The position numbers were made by a program, and so were the translations under genes. This document shows positions 53,390 to 62,534 of a stretch of DNA of 64,000 nt, piece by piece. Within the stretch, counting starts at the first letter, position 1. Each line of letters opens with the position of its first letter. The notes beneath the pieces were generated by a model. That model had not been told where the DNA came from and did no database searches. It saw nothing but the letters and a program-made list of their open reading frames with translations. The stretch comes from a virus: IMG/VR virus record IMGVR_UViG_3300027759_003827, positions 1 through 64,000 of that record; one strand, 5' to 3'.

Positions 53390-54409
53390 TTATATTACTT
53401 CCTGGTTTTCTAAAAGGTCTTTTGCTTCCTGGTAAGTGATCATAAATTCTTTCTTTCTACCTCTAAACTCTTTAACAATATCTAGCTCTTGACAAAGTAC
53501 AGTAAAGGTCTTTAAGTCCTTCTGAGAAGCAGTTATCTTCTGTGTCTGTACTAGGGATTGAAACTTGTTAAAAGATAAGGTTTGATCACCTACTACCTTC
53601 TTACCGTTCTGATAATACAATTTAAGTAATTTTAAATTAAGCTCCAACTGTTTAAACTTAGGAGTCTGTAGTAGTTTTTTAGTCTCTTCATAGCTACCTA
53701 GAGTATAGAAGGCGTCAAAGCCAACTCCGATTAAAACAATTAACTCTAGGAAAATCGTTATAAAAAGGAATGCAGTTGAGTTTTCCATATTCTTATCCAT
53801 AGCGGTGTTCGCTTTGGTCTGTGTTTTCGTTTCAAGCTGTAAGATCTTAGCATCTTTTGCTTGCTGTAGGACATTAACGATTGAATCTTTATAGATCCTA
53901 TCAGCTTTTCTGCTTCCAGGTTGGCTACGGTAATAGGCAATTTCTTTATCATAATACTTTGCTATTGAATCTTGCTTTAGAGTTGTAGTAGAGTCTACTG
54001 CTGTAGCTATTATTTCTGAGTTATCAACAAGTCTATGTGCACCTTTAATAGACAAGTAGAAGCTACCTGCTATTAAGAAACAGCAAATCATACCAGCTAC
54101 AAATATTCCGCCTGTCATTTTCTTAACCTGTAATACGGTTGTAAAGAATTGCTCTAATGTAAACCTCTTTGTTAATTCATACCCTGTTAGGAATAGTCCG
54201 ACAAAGATAGTGAAGAACATATCTTGAAAAGGAAATAGAGCGGGTATAGAGTTTGTAACAGACTTAACAAAGAAGTACCCGAAGTAAATCAAAAAGATAT
54301 TACCTAAAAAAGAAAAGTAATACAAGATCTTATCAAGGGTCAAGTAATTTTGCTCTAATTTAAAGACCTCTAGCTTTAATTTAAGCTTGTTAAATTTATC
54401 TATTTTCAT
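53390..54409 (-). CDS. multi-pass membrane protein with coiled coil
   Basis: about four TM segments. Confidence 0.75.
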   Translation of the reverse strand: MKIDKFNKLKLKLEVFKLEQNYLTLDKILYYFSFLGNIFLIYFGYFFVKSVTNSIPALFPFQDMFFTIFVGLFLTGYELTKRFTLEQFFTTVLQVKKMTGGIFVAGMICCFLIAGSFYLSIKGAHRLVDNSEIIATAVDSTTTLKQDSIAKYYDKEIAYYRSQPGSRKADRIYKDSIVNVLQQAKDAKILQLETKTQTKANTAMDKNMENSTAFLFITIFLELIVLIGVGFDAFYTLGSYEETKKLLQTPKFKQLELNLKLLKLYYQNGKKVVGDQTLSFNKFQSLVQTQKITASQKDLKTFTVLCQELDIVKEFRGRKKEFMITYQEAKDLLENQEVI

Positions 54410-54410
54410 A

Positions 54411-54572
54411 TTATAATTCTTCTGCTATACCTAGCAACTCGGCTATTATAAGTAGGGCACCAGCTAAAGGTAACCTACCGAATATTAAAGCAAATCCTGC
54501 TCCAAATCTAAAGCCTGATTTAACTAAGCTAATGTAAAAATGCCAATTTGTATGTGATTCTTTTTGTTGCAT
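54411..54572 (-). CDS. small membrane protein (53 aa, HFYISLVKSGFR...AELLGIAEEL)
   Basis: translated by hand; TAATG coupling. Confidence 0.75.
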   Translation of the reverse strand: MQQKESHTNWHFYISLVKSGFRFGAGFALIFGRLPLAGALLIIAELLGIAEEL

Positions 54573-55078
54573 TACCCTCTTTGTTTATCGTTTTGCCATT
54601 GTCCATCATATAATTCAGCAACCTCTTCACACTTATGGAAGTATATTTGAGCTACTCTAGCATCTTCTTCAATAAAGATAGTTTCATTTACTCTCATTAC
54701 ACAGCCCATAAATTCAGTTTCAAATCCTGGATCGAATACTGATGAGTGAATAATTGTACCGTTTCTTAATAGAGAGGATCTTTGTCTAATTAAGCCTACA
54801 TAGTCTGCAGGTAACTTGCATCCTTCCCAGAAAGTAATTTCATAGGTACCAGGATATAATAACCATCCCATATTACCGTCTAACTGTACTTTCTTAGTCT
54901 CAGTATAGACTGCTAAGTTAGTTTTATTCTTTAATACTACTCCAAATTTATCTTGAGGATTCTGTCTAATTTGTTTAACTGTCTGTAAAGATAAATCATA
55001 CCCTACTTGAGCTTTACCTTTAGACTGCTGTTCTAATTTAAGTAGACCTTTCTCTACTATTTGATCTGCATTCAGCAT
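54572..55078 (-). CDS. dCTP deaminase/dUTPase-family protein
   Basis: GYDL, RSSLLRNG, FDPGF, RVAQI, YDGQWQ. Confidence 0.85.
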   Translation of the reverse strand: MLNADQIVEKGLLKLEQQSKGKAQVGYDLSLQTVKQIRQNPQDKFGVVLKNKTNLAVYTETKKVQLDGNMGWLLYPGTYEITFWEGCKLPADYVGLIRQRSSLLRNGTIIHSSVFDPGFETEFMGCVMRVNETIFIEEDARVAQIYFHKCEEVAELYDGQWQNDKQRG

Positions 55079-55080
55079 AA

Positions 55081-55248
55081 TTATTTTTTCTTTTTTGTAT
55101 ATGGAAACATTCTATTTAAAATATTCTTTCTTCTAGTACATCCACAATCTTCATACCCAAGCATATGAGCAATCTTATCTGCTAGTCTATCAATATAGAA
55201 AAACTTTAGCACTTTAGCAACCGTATCTCCTAGTCCTTGTGATTTCAT
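55081..55248 (-). CDS. small protein (55 aa, MKSQGLGDTVAK...DCGC..RK..LN.MFPY)
   Basis: translated by hand; TAATG coupling. Confidence 0.75.
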   Translation of the reverse strand: MKSQGLGDTVAKVLKFFYIDRLADKIAHMLGYEDCGCTRRKNILNRMFPYTKKKK

Positions 55249-55958
55249 TATTTACGTGGATAACCTTTAGCAAATTCATAAAATTCTAATCTAGCTGAAT
55301 CTTCATTTAAGAATGATCCGCTTAACTTAGATGTCTTCATACTAGCACCTTGATGCTTAACTCCTCTACAGCTTACGCAGTTATGAGTAGCTTCAATCAT
55401 TACTGCAACTCCTATATTACCTTCGCAAATCTGATCTACTGCATTGTGAATGGCTACAGTTAATTGCTCTTGAATTGCGCCTCTTCTACTAAAATGCTCT
55501 ACTATACGATTTAATTTACTTAAACCTACTACTCTACCTTCTAAAGTAGGAATATAAGCAATATGACATAAACCGTTAATAGTCTGATGATGGTGAGAAC
55601 ACATACTCGTAATAGGAATACCTCCTTCGAATACTACGCCGTCATAGCCATCGCTTGGAAAGCTCGTAACAAAATCTAATGGCTCATACCTACCTTTCCA
55701 TAAGTCATTTACATAAGCTTTAGCTACTCTTCTTGGAGTATTAGAACTATTAGGATCGTTCTCCCAGTCTACACCTAATGCAGTTAGAAACTTACCGTAA
55801 TGCACAGTAGCTTCTTCAATAATAGCTAACTTTTGCTTATCACTTAAAGAATACTGGCCGTTCTTAATAGCATCTCTTAAATAAGTGCTAATACCATTGG
55901 CGAAACCTGGTTGAGCTAATTCTAAGCTCTCAATATCTATGTTTTTATTTCTATTCAT
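55248..55958 (-). CDS. folE: GTP cyclohydrolase I
   Basis: TP.RVAK, SMCSHH, GLSKLNR, QEQLT, HNCVSCRG. Confidence 0.96.
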   Translation of the reverse strand: MNRNKNIDIESLELAQPGFANGISTYLRDAIKNGQYSLSDKQKLAIIEEATVHYGKFLTALGVDWENDPNSSNTPRRVAKAYVNDLWKGRYEPLDFVTSFPSDGYDGVVFEGGIPITSMCSHHHQTINGLCHIAYIPTLEGRVVGLSKLNRIVEHFSRRGAIQEQLTVAIHNAVDQICEGNIGVAVMIEATHNCVSCRGVKHQGASMKTSKLSGSFLNEDSARLEFYEFAKGYPRK

Positions 55959-55966
55959 ATTGTATA

Positions 55967-56476
55967 TTATAAGTATTTTGAAATCTGCTCTAAACGTTCT
56001 TCTACCGTACCTGTTAAAGTTACGACTTTTTCTGCAGGGATATACTCTGCTATAAACTTTTGTATAATTCCGTCGATCTTAATCTGTAACTCAGCACTTA
56101 ATCTATCTGGATCATCTACAAAGTCAAACTCGATAGGAATATAAAAGAAGTACTCTACTTGATCTTTAGTCTTTTCGAATAACTCTCTAATCTCGTCAAT
56201 ATTAACATTAGGAGTTAAGATTCGTGAATAGATAATACAGTCAACTAAACTACGAGTACTAATTACATTTTTATGAGTTAAGTAGTTTTGATAAGCCCAA
56301 GCAGATAACTCATTAATTGCATACTGCTTCTCGTCATTAGATAACTCTAACATCTTACCAATCTTAATTACAGGACGCGAAAATCCGTCTGTAACATAAT
56401 AATCAGGAAATCTGGTAGATACCTCTTTTAATAAGGTAGTCTTACCAGTTCCATGCGATCCTATTAATATCTTCAT
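55967..56476 (-). CDS. P-loop nucleotide kinase-like protein (NadR/thymidylate-kinase-like)
   Basis: GSHGTGKTTL, RSLVDCIIY, DDPDR, GTVEER. Confidence 0.75.
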   Translation of the reverse strand: MKILIGSHGTGKTTLLKEVSTRFPDYYVTDGFSRPVIKIGKMLELSNDEKQYAINELSAWAYQNYLTHKNVISTRSLVDCIIYSRILTPNVNIDEIRELFEKTKDQVEYFFYIPIEFDFVDDPDRLSAELQIKIDGIIQKFIAEYIPAEKVVTLTGTVEERLEQISKYL

Positions 56477-56498
56477 AAATGTCTTTTAGTAAAAATAG

Positions 56499-57068
56499 CT
56501 ACTTTTTATCAAACTTCCAAATATTAGTAAAGAAATGTACCCAAGAACTTAGAGAAGTCTCTCGAAGTATGGCATAAGCTTCATCTATAGTATTTGCTCT
56601 GTTCATAACCTGATAAGCGGATACAATCTCACCGGCATCTAATTCCGGAATTACTTTATGAACTACTGATCCACAGTACGGATACTTCTCTTGATTTCCA
56701 GCAATATCCTCTTGCTTATTAAAGCCTTTCAATTCTGGATATACAGTAATTAGAGCTGGATGACCATTAAACATTTGGCCTTTAAATTGAATAAATACGT
56801 CTTCTGGAATAATTCGTAAGAATCCGTGTAACGTAACTAGTTCTTTTTCTAGTATTCCTGATCTTAAGTATTGATCTACAGTAGGCTTATTAGGAAGTAC
56901 TACTATCTCTACATTATTTTTCCCAAAGATTCTCATGTTCTTTTCAGAAATGTTAGTAACTCTATTAGTTACAAGTAAACTAGGGAGAATCCCAAGCATT
57001 TCACTAATAGCTATTACTTCAGAACCTGTCTGAGATACTAGTACTCCCCAATTGCTTAACACTTTCAT
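56499..57068 (-). CDS. PurN-like formyltransferase (candidate preQ1 formyltransferase)
   Basis: SQTGS, LHGFLRII, NGHPAL..YPELKG, GSVVH.V..ELDAGEI. Confidence 0.85.
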   Translation of the reverse strand: MKVLSNWGVLVSQTGSEVIAISEMLGILPSLLVTNRVTNISEKNMRIFGKNNVEIVVLPNKPTVDQYLRSGILEKELVTLHGFLRIIPEDVFIQFKGQMFNGHPALITVYPELKGFNKQEDIAGNQEKYPYCGSVVHKVIPELDAGEIVSAYQVMNRANTIDEAYAILRETSLSSWVHFFTNIWKFDKK

Positions 57069-57985
57069 TATTGTCCCATTGCTTTTTTAGTATAGTAGCC
57101 TGTATCAATTAATGCACGAGGAATTAATTCTTCTCTAGTTGCACGAACAGGATTGATATCTAATGAACCTCGTCTTGCATACAACAACATTACTACACAA
57201 TCTTTAACGTCAGGATGCTTTGTAATAGCTGTAAATAACTTCTCGCTACAGAATTCATGAAATTCGTTTACTTCACGTAATGCAATTACCTCTTTCAAAA
57301 GACCTTGTAAATCTACACGTCCTTTCCTAGTAGTAATATGGAAATAAGCAGCACCTGTATCTTTCTGCTTTGTATGTCTACATCTTGATCTCAAGATACC
57401 AGTCATTACAGAGATATCGTCAGACGTTTCAGCAGGTATAATAGTAAAGTGATTTTCTTTACCGGAGTAATCGGTAATTTCCATCTCTTCTAATTTCTTA
57501 TTACCTACCATACGAAATAAATCGTAGTAGCCTTCTCCTGGATCGCCTTCGAACATTAATTGCTCTCCTTCTCTAAAGAATGATACTCTTACTTCTTTAC
57601 CAATGCATGCACTGATATCTTTCTTTACTTGATTCTCATAATTCTCAACAGCTTCAACAATCGTATCGCCCATCTTACACATATCGAATGTATTAAGGTA
57701 TAACTTAAACGATTTTGATTCTACCATAAATTCTGAATCAGCAGGACATACTATTTTTAACGTACCTGCAATAGGTAGGCCGTTATTTAACAAGAAGGTT
57801 GATTCATGACAATGCCACGTATCGTAACCTACAAATTCATCTCCTTTAATACCCCAGTCTCCACGAGCTAATGCTCTTGGCATAGGGTTTAATTGACTTG
57901 GATCAAAGGTGTCTGTATAGACTGCATATGAGTTAGCTGACCCTAAGGTTTTAGCAGCTACTTCTGACATATTACTTGCTGACAT
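57068..57985 (-). CDS. queF: NADPH-dependent preQ0 reductase, bimodular type
   Basis: VESKSFKLYLN, LRSRC..T.Q.D.G, EFHE.C, RRGSLDINP. Confidence 0.92.
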   Translation of the reverse strand: MSASNMSEVAAKTLGSANSYAVYTDTFDPSQLNPMPRALARGDWGIKGDEFVGYDTWHCHESTFLLNNGLPIAGTLKIVCPADSEFMVESKSFKLYLNTFDMCKMGDTIVEAVENYENQVKKDISACIGKEVRVSFFREGEQLMFEGDPGEGYYDLFRMVGNKKLEEMEITDYSGKENHFTIIPAETSDDISVMTGILRSRCRHTKQKDTGAAYFHITTRKGRVDLQGLLKEVIALREVNEFHEFCSEKLFTAITKHPDVKDCVVMLLYARRGSLDINPVRATREELIPRALIDTGYYTKKAMGQ

Positions 57986-58754
57986 AATTACGGAATGTTT
58001 TTATATTTTTAAAGATAAGGTTTATTTGTTCTTCTGACAACTTAATATCTAAGTTATCAGCAAGTTTTGCTTTTGGTTTAGGTACATTTAAACCATGAGG
58101 TCCTAATTCGTTTCCTACCCATCCGTTAATAACAGGTGAGCTAGTATCTAGCGAGTAGATAAGTCCTCTTAGTACAGTATTTAGATAGTTAATTAGGATA
58201 AACTCTACTGGATTTTGACATCCTAGTAAGTGAAATTTAGGTAATCCGATTCCCATGTTGAATCTATTTGCATACCACCAGTTTAAAAATCTAGTTCTTA
58301 CTGTTACATAATCTGAGTCTTTAACTAGGTCAAAAGGTAATGCGATAATATCTACTCTCTCTTTTAGGTAGTAGTCGATACACTCTGCAATTTGCTCAAA
58401 GGTATCTCCTTGACATACGCCAATATATTTCTGTCCTTCTACTCTGTAACTACCTAAATACTCTTTTGCATTAAGTAAAGTTTGATCATAATCATTAACT
58501 ACATCAGGAAGTACAAGATGGGTAGGAAGATACTCTTTACCTAACTCGTATAACTCCTCCATCGGTATGGATCTACCTAATTCAAATGCTGAATTGTCTA
58601 ATATAGAGTATTCTGCTGTTTGTAGCTTCTTCTTATAAAAATCAGCATATTCTGTATCTAAGCTTAGTAAATGACCTAGTACATAAGGGTAATCACTTAC
58701 CTCATCATGACGATCAAATAACGCTTTTGGTATTTCGTGTGAAATTAAAGGCAT
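57972..58754 (-). CDS. TGT-fold guanine transglycosylase, DpdA-like
   Basis: ILDNSAFE, LPDV, GVCQG, FHLLG, SLDTSSP; lies between queC and queF. Confidence 0.75.
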   Translation of the reverse strand: MPLISHEIPKALFDRHDEVSDYPYVLGHLLSLDTEYADFYKKKLQTAEYSILDNSAFELGRSIPMEELYELGKEYLPTHLVLPDVVNDYDQTLLNAKEYLGSYRVEGQKYIGVCQGDTFEQIAECIDYYLKERVDIIALPFDLVKDSDYVTVRTRFLNWWYANRFNMGIGLPKFHLLGCQNPVEFILINYLNTVLRGLIYSLDTSSPVINGWVGNELGPHGLNVPKPKAKLADNLDIKLSEEQINLIFKNIKTFRNYVSK

Positions 58755-58757
58755 AAT

Positions 58758-59603
58758 TTATTTTTTATATTCTGATAAAACTTTTTCTACTTGCGTTTTT
58801 GCAAACTGCCAGCTAACAGGTCCCATTTCGTCTGCATACTCTACCGGATCAGGACGACCTAGCTTAATAAACGCTTCGATACGTTCTACTGATGCTGCTG
58901 ACTTATAATCAGAATACCAGATACCTTGAGTATCGGACCATGAATGTCTAATAAAGATCGGCTTATAAGAAGTATTCGTACGCTTATATACTTCATTAAA
59001 ATCTAAACCTAATGCTTCACACGATCTTAAACCATCTTCTAGAATTTCAAATTTAGTTACATCTAAGTAGGGGGTATAAACTGATATTAAATCAGCATCC
59101 CAATTACCAGCTTTAAATGCTTCCATATCTGCATCTCTAAATTCCTGACGGCAGTCAGGGTAAATTGCATGATCTCCTGCGTGAATACCCATTGCAATAG
59201 CTACTTCTTGGCCAATAGAACAATCATCCGTAATAGGTTTAGTTGCAATTGATAGAGCAGCTGCTTGAATCAAAGAGCTAAATATCTTATTACGATTGGG
59301 TACAACAGTTGCTTTCATATTATCCTGTTCGTAATGTCCTTCTGGTACATCTGCACCGCCTGTTACTAAAGCTGAGTTCAATAACTGTTGTAATCCATCT
59401 AATTTAATAACCTGGTACTTTACTTTTTGATTTTTAGAGCTTAAGTACTCTACTAAAGATTTAGCTCTTTCAAGCTCTACTTTATGCTTTTGACCATAAT
59501 CAAAGCCTAATGCTGTTACTTCGTAGCCGTTAGCTAATAAGTGTAATAAAAGAGATGAAGAATCCATCCCGCCTGATAATGATAAAACTGCTTGTTTTGC
59601 CAT
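58758..59603 (-). CDS. queC: 7-cyano-7-deazaguanine synthase
   Basis: SGGMDSS, DYGQKH..E, VPNRN, YPDCR. Confidence 0.95.
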   Translation of the reverse strand: MAKQAVLSLSGGMDSSSLLLHLLANGYEVTALGFDYGQKHKVELERAKSLVEYLSSKNQKVKYQVIKLDGLQQLLNSALVTGGADVPEGHYEQDNMKATVVPNRNKIFSSLIQAAALSIATKPITDDCSIGQEVAIAMGIHAGDHAIYPDCRQEFRDADMEAFKAGNWDADLISVYTPYLDVTKFEILEDGLRSCEALGLDFNEVYKRTNTSYKPIFIRHSWSDTQGIWYSDYKSAASVERIEAFIKLGRPDPVEYADEMGPVSWQFAKTQVEKVLSEYKK

Positions 59604-59623
59604 TTTGTTTAAAATTTAAAATT

Positions 59624-59664
59624 TAGAGCGTATTATTTTGTACGTCGATTAGCTCTATAACCGA
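59624..59664 (-). promoter_or_regulatory. structured RNA element (pseudoknot or switch) in the queC leader
   Basis: TCGGTTA/TAATCGA, TAGAGC/GCTCTA and GTA/TAC pairings. Confidence 0.5.
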
Positions 59665-59665
59665 A

Positions 59666-59872
59666 TTATTTTTTATCTTCTTTACCGTTAAGGTCCTTCT
59701 GTAGAGAGAGTATTTGACTAGTAATGTTACCAACTAGGGTTCCTAACTGTGCCCAAATATCATCACACTCTTTCTCTAACTTATTAATGAGTCTTAGTTG
59801 GTATATCTGTAATCCTACAAGTATTAATATAATACCAATGTATAAATGTTCTGGTGTAAATGTAACTGTCAT
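59666..59872 (-). CDS. small membrane-anchored protein
   Basis: ORF track. Confidence 0.75.
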   Translation of the reverse strand: MTVTFTPEHLYIGIILILVGLQIYQLRLINKLEKECDDIWAQLGTLVGNITSQILSLQKDLNGKEDKK

Positions 59873-59884
59873 TAATTAAAGGTA

Positions 59885-60139
59885 TTATTTTTTGTTCGTT
59901 TCAACAACTTCATTCATAAATTCGTTAAACTCTAATGTTCCTGGAAATGCTATAAAGTTAGTATTATCCATTACTCTCTGTAATGCTTTAATAGTGAGGT
60001 CTCTATTCTTAGTATCAATTATTAAAGGTTCTAGAATATACTCTTCTGCCGATCCGTCTTTACGATTAAGGTAAAATAAAGTACCGGCTACCTCTCCTAA
60101 TGCTTCGTAGTATTCTTTAGCTGTTGTTGTAGACTTCAT
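59885..60139 (-). CDS. hypothetical protein
   Basis: ORF track. Confidence 0.7.
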   Translation of the reverse strand: MKSTTTAKEYYEALGEVAGTLFYLNRKDGSAEEYILEPLIIDTKNRDLTIKALQRVMDNTNFIAFPGTLEFNEFMNEVVETNKK

Positions 60140-60368
60140 AGTATAACTTTCTTATTTTAGCGCCTAATTCTTGATCGTTAGATGTACTTTTAATCATATC
60201 GACTTCTACTGCTAATAATCTTCTATCAGGAAAATTTATATCTGATTCTTTTCGTTGTTCATATTCGAAACCTAATACACATGCTAAGTGGTCGGTTCCT
60301 GCTAAGTAATCAAATTCAACTTGGTCAGTTGGTTTGCCACAAAACTGGCAAGTGTAAGGTGTGCTCAT
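60117..60368 (-). CDS. hypothetical zinc-finger protein
   Basis: CQFCGK...HLAC; NDQELGAKIR. Confidence 0.7.
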   Translation of the reverse strand: MSTPYTCQFCGKPTDQVEFDYLAGTDHLACVLGFEYEQRKESDINFPDRRLLAVEVDMIKSTSNDQELGAKIRKLYYEVYNNS

Positions 60369-60373
60369 AACGG

Positions 60374-60946
60374 TTATTTTTTCTCTATTTCTATTATAAT
60401 ATCATCGAATCTACCTTTATTTTCTCTTAAATCAAAAACTCTATAGCTTTTAATCTTTGTTTTATCTACATAGGAGTCTATTAACTCGGTCCATAAAAAT
60501 TCCTGTACGTCTTCTATAATTAACTTTCCGCCAGGCTTTACCTTATCGATCCATTTCTGAGCGCTTATAACCATAGAGGCTAGAGTATGAGGTCCATCAT
60601 CGATTATATAGTCAAAAGAATTATCTTCAAAGCTATTAATGGTTTCATCTGAGAAGCCGTCTACAATCATTAGTTCTATTCTACTGTAATTTGATAGTGA
60701 TCTAGGCAAAGAGTCATTACATTCGATTCCGGTAATTTTTCCTTCTGTAAACCATTCACTCCATAGCCTAAGACTATCTCCCTGAGCTACTCCTATTTCT
60801 AATAGGTTAATATCGCGATCTCTATTTTCGAATTCACGCTCATAATACCCGCTAAGATAGCTATGATCAGTTTCTTTATCAGAGGTCCATTCTACATGGT
60901 GATTACTGTCTATTAACTTACTTGCGTTCAGTTCTGTTAGAGTCAT
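60374..60946 (-). CDS. class I SAM methyltransferase
   Basis: LLEIGV..GDS, FDYIIDDGPH, KPGG.LIIED. Confidence 0.88.
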   Translation of the reverse strand: MTLTELNASKLIDSNHHVEWTSDKETDHSYLSGYYEREFENRDRDINLLEIGVAQGDSLRLWSEWFTEGKITGIECNDSLPRSLSNYSRIELMIVDGFSDETINSFEDNSFDYIIDDGPHTLASMVISAQKWIDKVKPGGKLIIEDVQEFLWTELIDSYVDKTKIKSYRVFDLRENKGRFDDIIIEIEKK

Positions 60947-60958
60947 ACTGTTGTTTTA

Positions 60959-61246
60959 TTATTTCCAAAATTGATACCAACGCTTTTTAGGAGCTGGTTG
61001 ACATTTACTAAAAGGGTTATCGCCGAATGATACTGCTTTACAGTACTTAGATGTCATCATGTTTAAGAATATTTCATGATACTCTTCGGGTATTGTATCA
61101 AAATCGGCTTGTACTTTAATATCTAAGGAAATACTTCTCTTACCGTTAACTACTAGTGTTAGTATTTCATGACACGTTACTAATTTAGAAGTAGTCATGA
61201 TTAAATTATTACCAGAACCTAAATTTATTTCTTCCATACTATACAT
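60959..61246 (-). CDS. hypothetical protein
   Basis: ORF track; KKRWYQFWK end. Confidence 0.7.
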   Translation of the reverse strand: MYSMEEINLGSGNNLIMTTSKLVTCHEILTLVVNGKRSISLDIKVQADFDTIPEEYHEIFLNMMTSKYCKAVSFGDNPFSKCQPAPKKRWYQFWK

Positions 61247-62072
61247 TTAAAGTTTTATTCCAGGCTGCGATATGCAATCTAGTTAATCCTCTAAATTTAT
61301 ATTTCTTAGCCATCTCCATTACAAATCGAGTTCTTTCTTCGAAGTTAGCTGCATCATCTAAACCTGGCATACAGATTACATTCTCTAAAGGAATATAAAA
61401 GGGTTCAATAAAGTCTCTAAAGATTTCTTTAACATCCTCTTCAGTACTAATAACAAACTTAAATTGGTAGTTATCGTGCTCCATAATACGATTAATAGCT
61501 TTAGGAACAATACGTTGTTTTACTGTCATACCCGAGTTATCCAACTTAGGTGAACAGTTAATTTGATCTAAGCTCTGAAATAATTCTTCTTCGATAAAAT
61601 TAGTACCGTTAGTTTCGATTTCATAGTAGGTATTACGCAAAGAACCTTCTATATCCATCCAATATTCAGTAAAGTTATTAATTGCTACTTGATGTCCTGC
61701 AATAGTAGGTTCACCTCCGGTCCAGATAACACGTACGCGACCATCTAGAATATCCTCGTATACTCCTTCCTCTTTAAATCTATCAAGTAAGTATTGAAAC
61801 TCTTTATCTTCTCCTCTCCATAACCACTGAGATGTAGAATCACAAGTCCAGGTAGCTTTACCTTCTTTAACTAAATCGCCTTCGAAGATTTCACCGTCTT
61901 CTAGTAATTGCTCTTTCATTAAATTATTTGTAAATGCTCTAGACATACCGCACGTTAGGTTACAAATACCTAAACGAACGAAGTATGCAGGAATACCGCT
62001 GCTTATGCCTTCGCCTTGAACTGTATAAAAGTCACTAGTAATAAGTAACTTATTTGGATCTATCTTACTCAT
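61239..62072 (-). CDS. queE: 7-carboxy-7-deazaguanine synthase (radical SAM)
   Basis: FYTVQGEG, FVRLGICNLTC...TCDS, TGGEP, IETNGT, SPK, RLH. Confidence 0.93.
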   Translation of the reverse strand: MSKIDPNKLLITSDFYTVQGEGISSGIPAYFVRLGICNLTCGMSRAFTNNLMKEQLLEDGEIFEGDLVKEGKATWTCDSTSQWLWRGEDKEFQYLLDRFKEEGVYEDILDGRVRVIWTGGEPTIAGHQVAINNFTEYWMDIEGSLRNTYYEIETNGTNFIEEELFQSLDQINCSPKLDNSGMTVKQRIVPKAINRIMEHDNYQFKFVISTEEDVKEIFRDFIEPFYIPLENVICMPGLDDAANFEERTRFVMEMAKKYKFRGLTRLHIAAWNKTLNV

Positions 62073-62232
62073 TAGTTACTGTTTTAGGGGTTTCTACTTT
62101 TTTAAATTGAGCCTTCCATTCAGATTTAGGTATAAACTTCCACTCCCTAGTAGCTTGATCAGCCTTTTCATTTGTTATTCGGATAATTTCTCCGGTCTTA
62201 GAACTCTTTAAACATTTCATAGTTTCCTCCAT
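62065..62232 (-). CDS. small protein (about 55 aa, MKCLKSSKTGEIIR...WKFIPKSEWK)
   Basis: translated by hand. Confidence 0.65.
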   Translation of the reverse strand: MEETMKCLKSSKTGEIIRITNEKADQATREWKFIPKSEWKAQFKKVETPKTVTNE

Positions 62233-62249
62233 GTTTTATTGTGATTAAA

Positions 62250-62534
62250 TTATTTTTTATCTACATAATGATGTAGCTTATTTCTTAACCTATCAATTCG
62301 TATTTGACAGTACCATTTTCCCATATTACTAGATGCATTAGCATATCTTTCTTGCCAGTACTTAATACCTTTATTAGTCTTAGCATTAGCTTCTTCTAGG
62401 TAGTCTATATCCCAATAGCTATTATTCTCCTGTATCTCTTCATCGGTAGGAATATAAGGATTTTCTTCTTCCCACTTTTCAATAAGCATCTTGCGTCGAG
62501 ACTTCTCTTGTTTTTTTTCAAATTTCTTTTCCAT
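62250..62534 (-). CDS. hypothetical protein
   Basis: ORF track. Confidence 0.7.
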   Translation of the reverse strand: MEKKFEKKQEKSRRKMLIEKWEEENPYIPTDEEIQENNSYWDIDYLEEANAKTNKGIKYWQERYANASSNMGKWYCQIRIDRLRNKLHHYVDKK

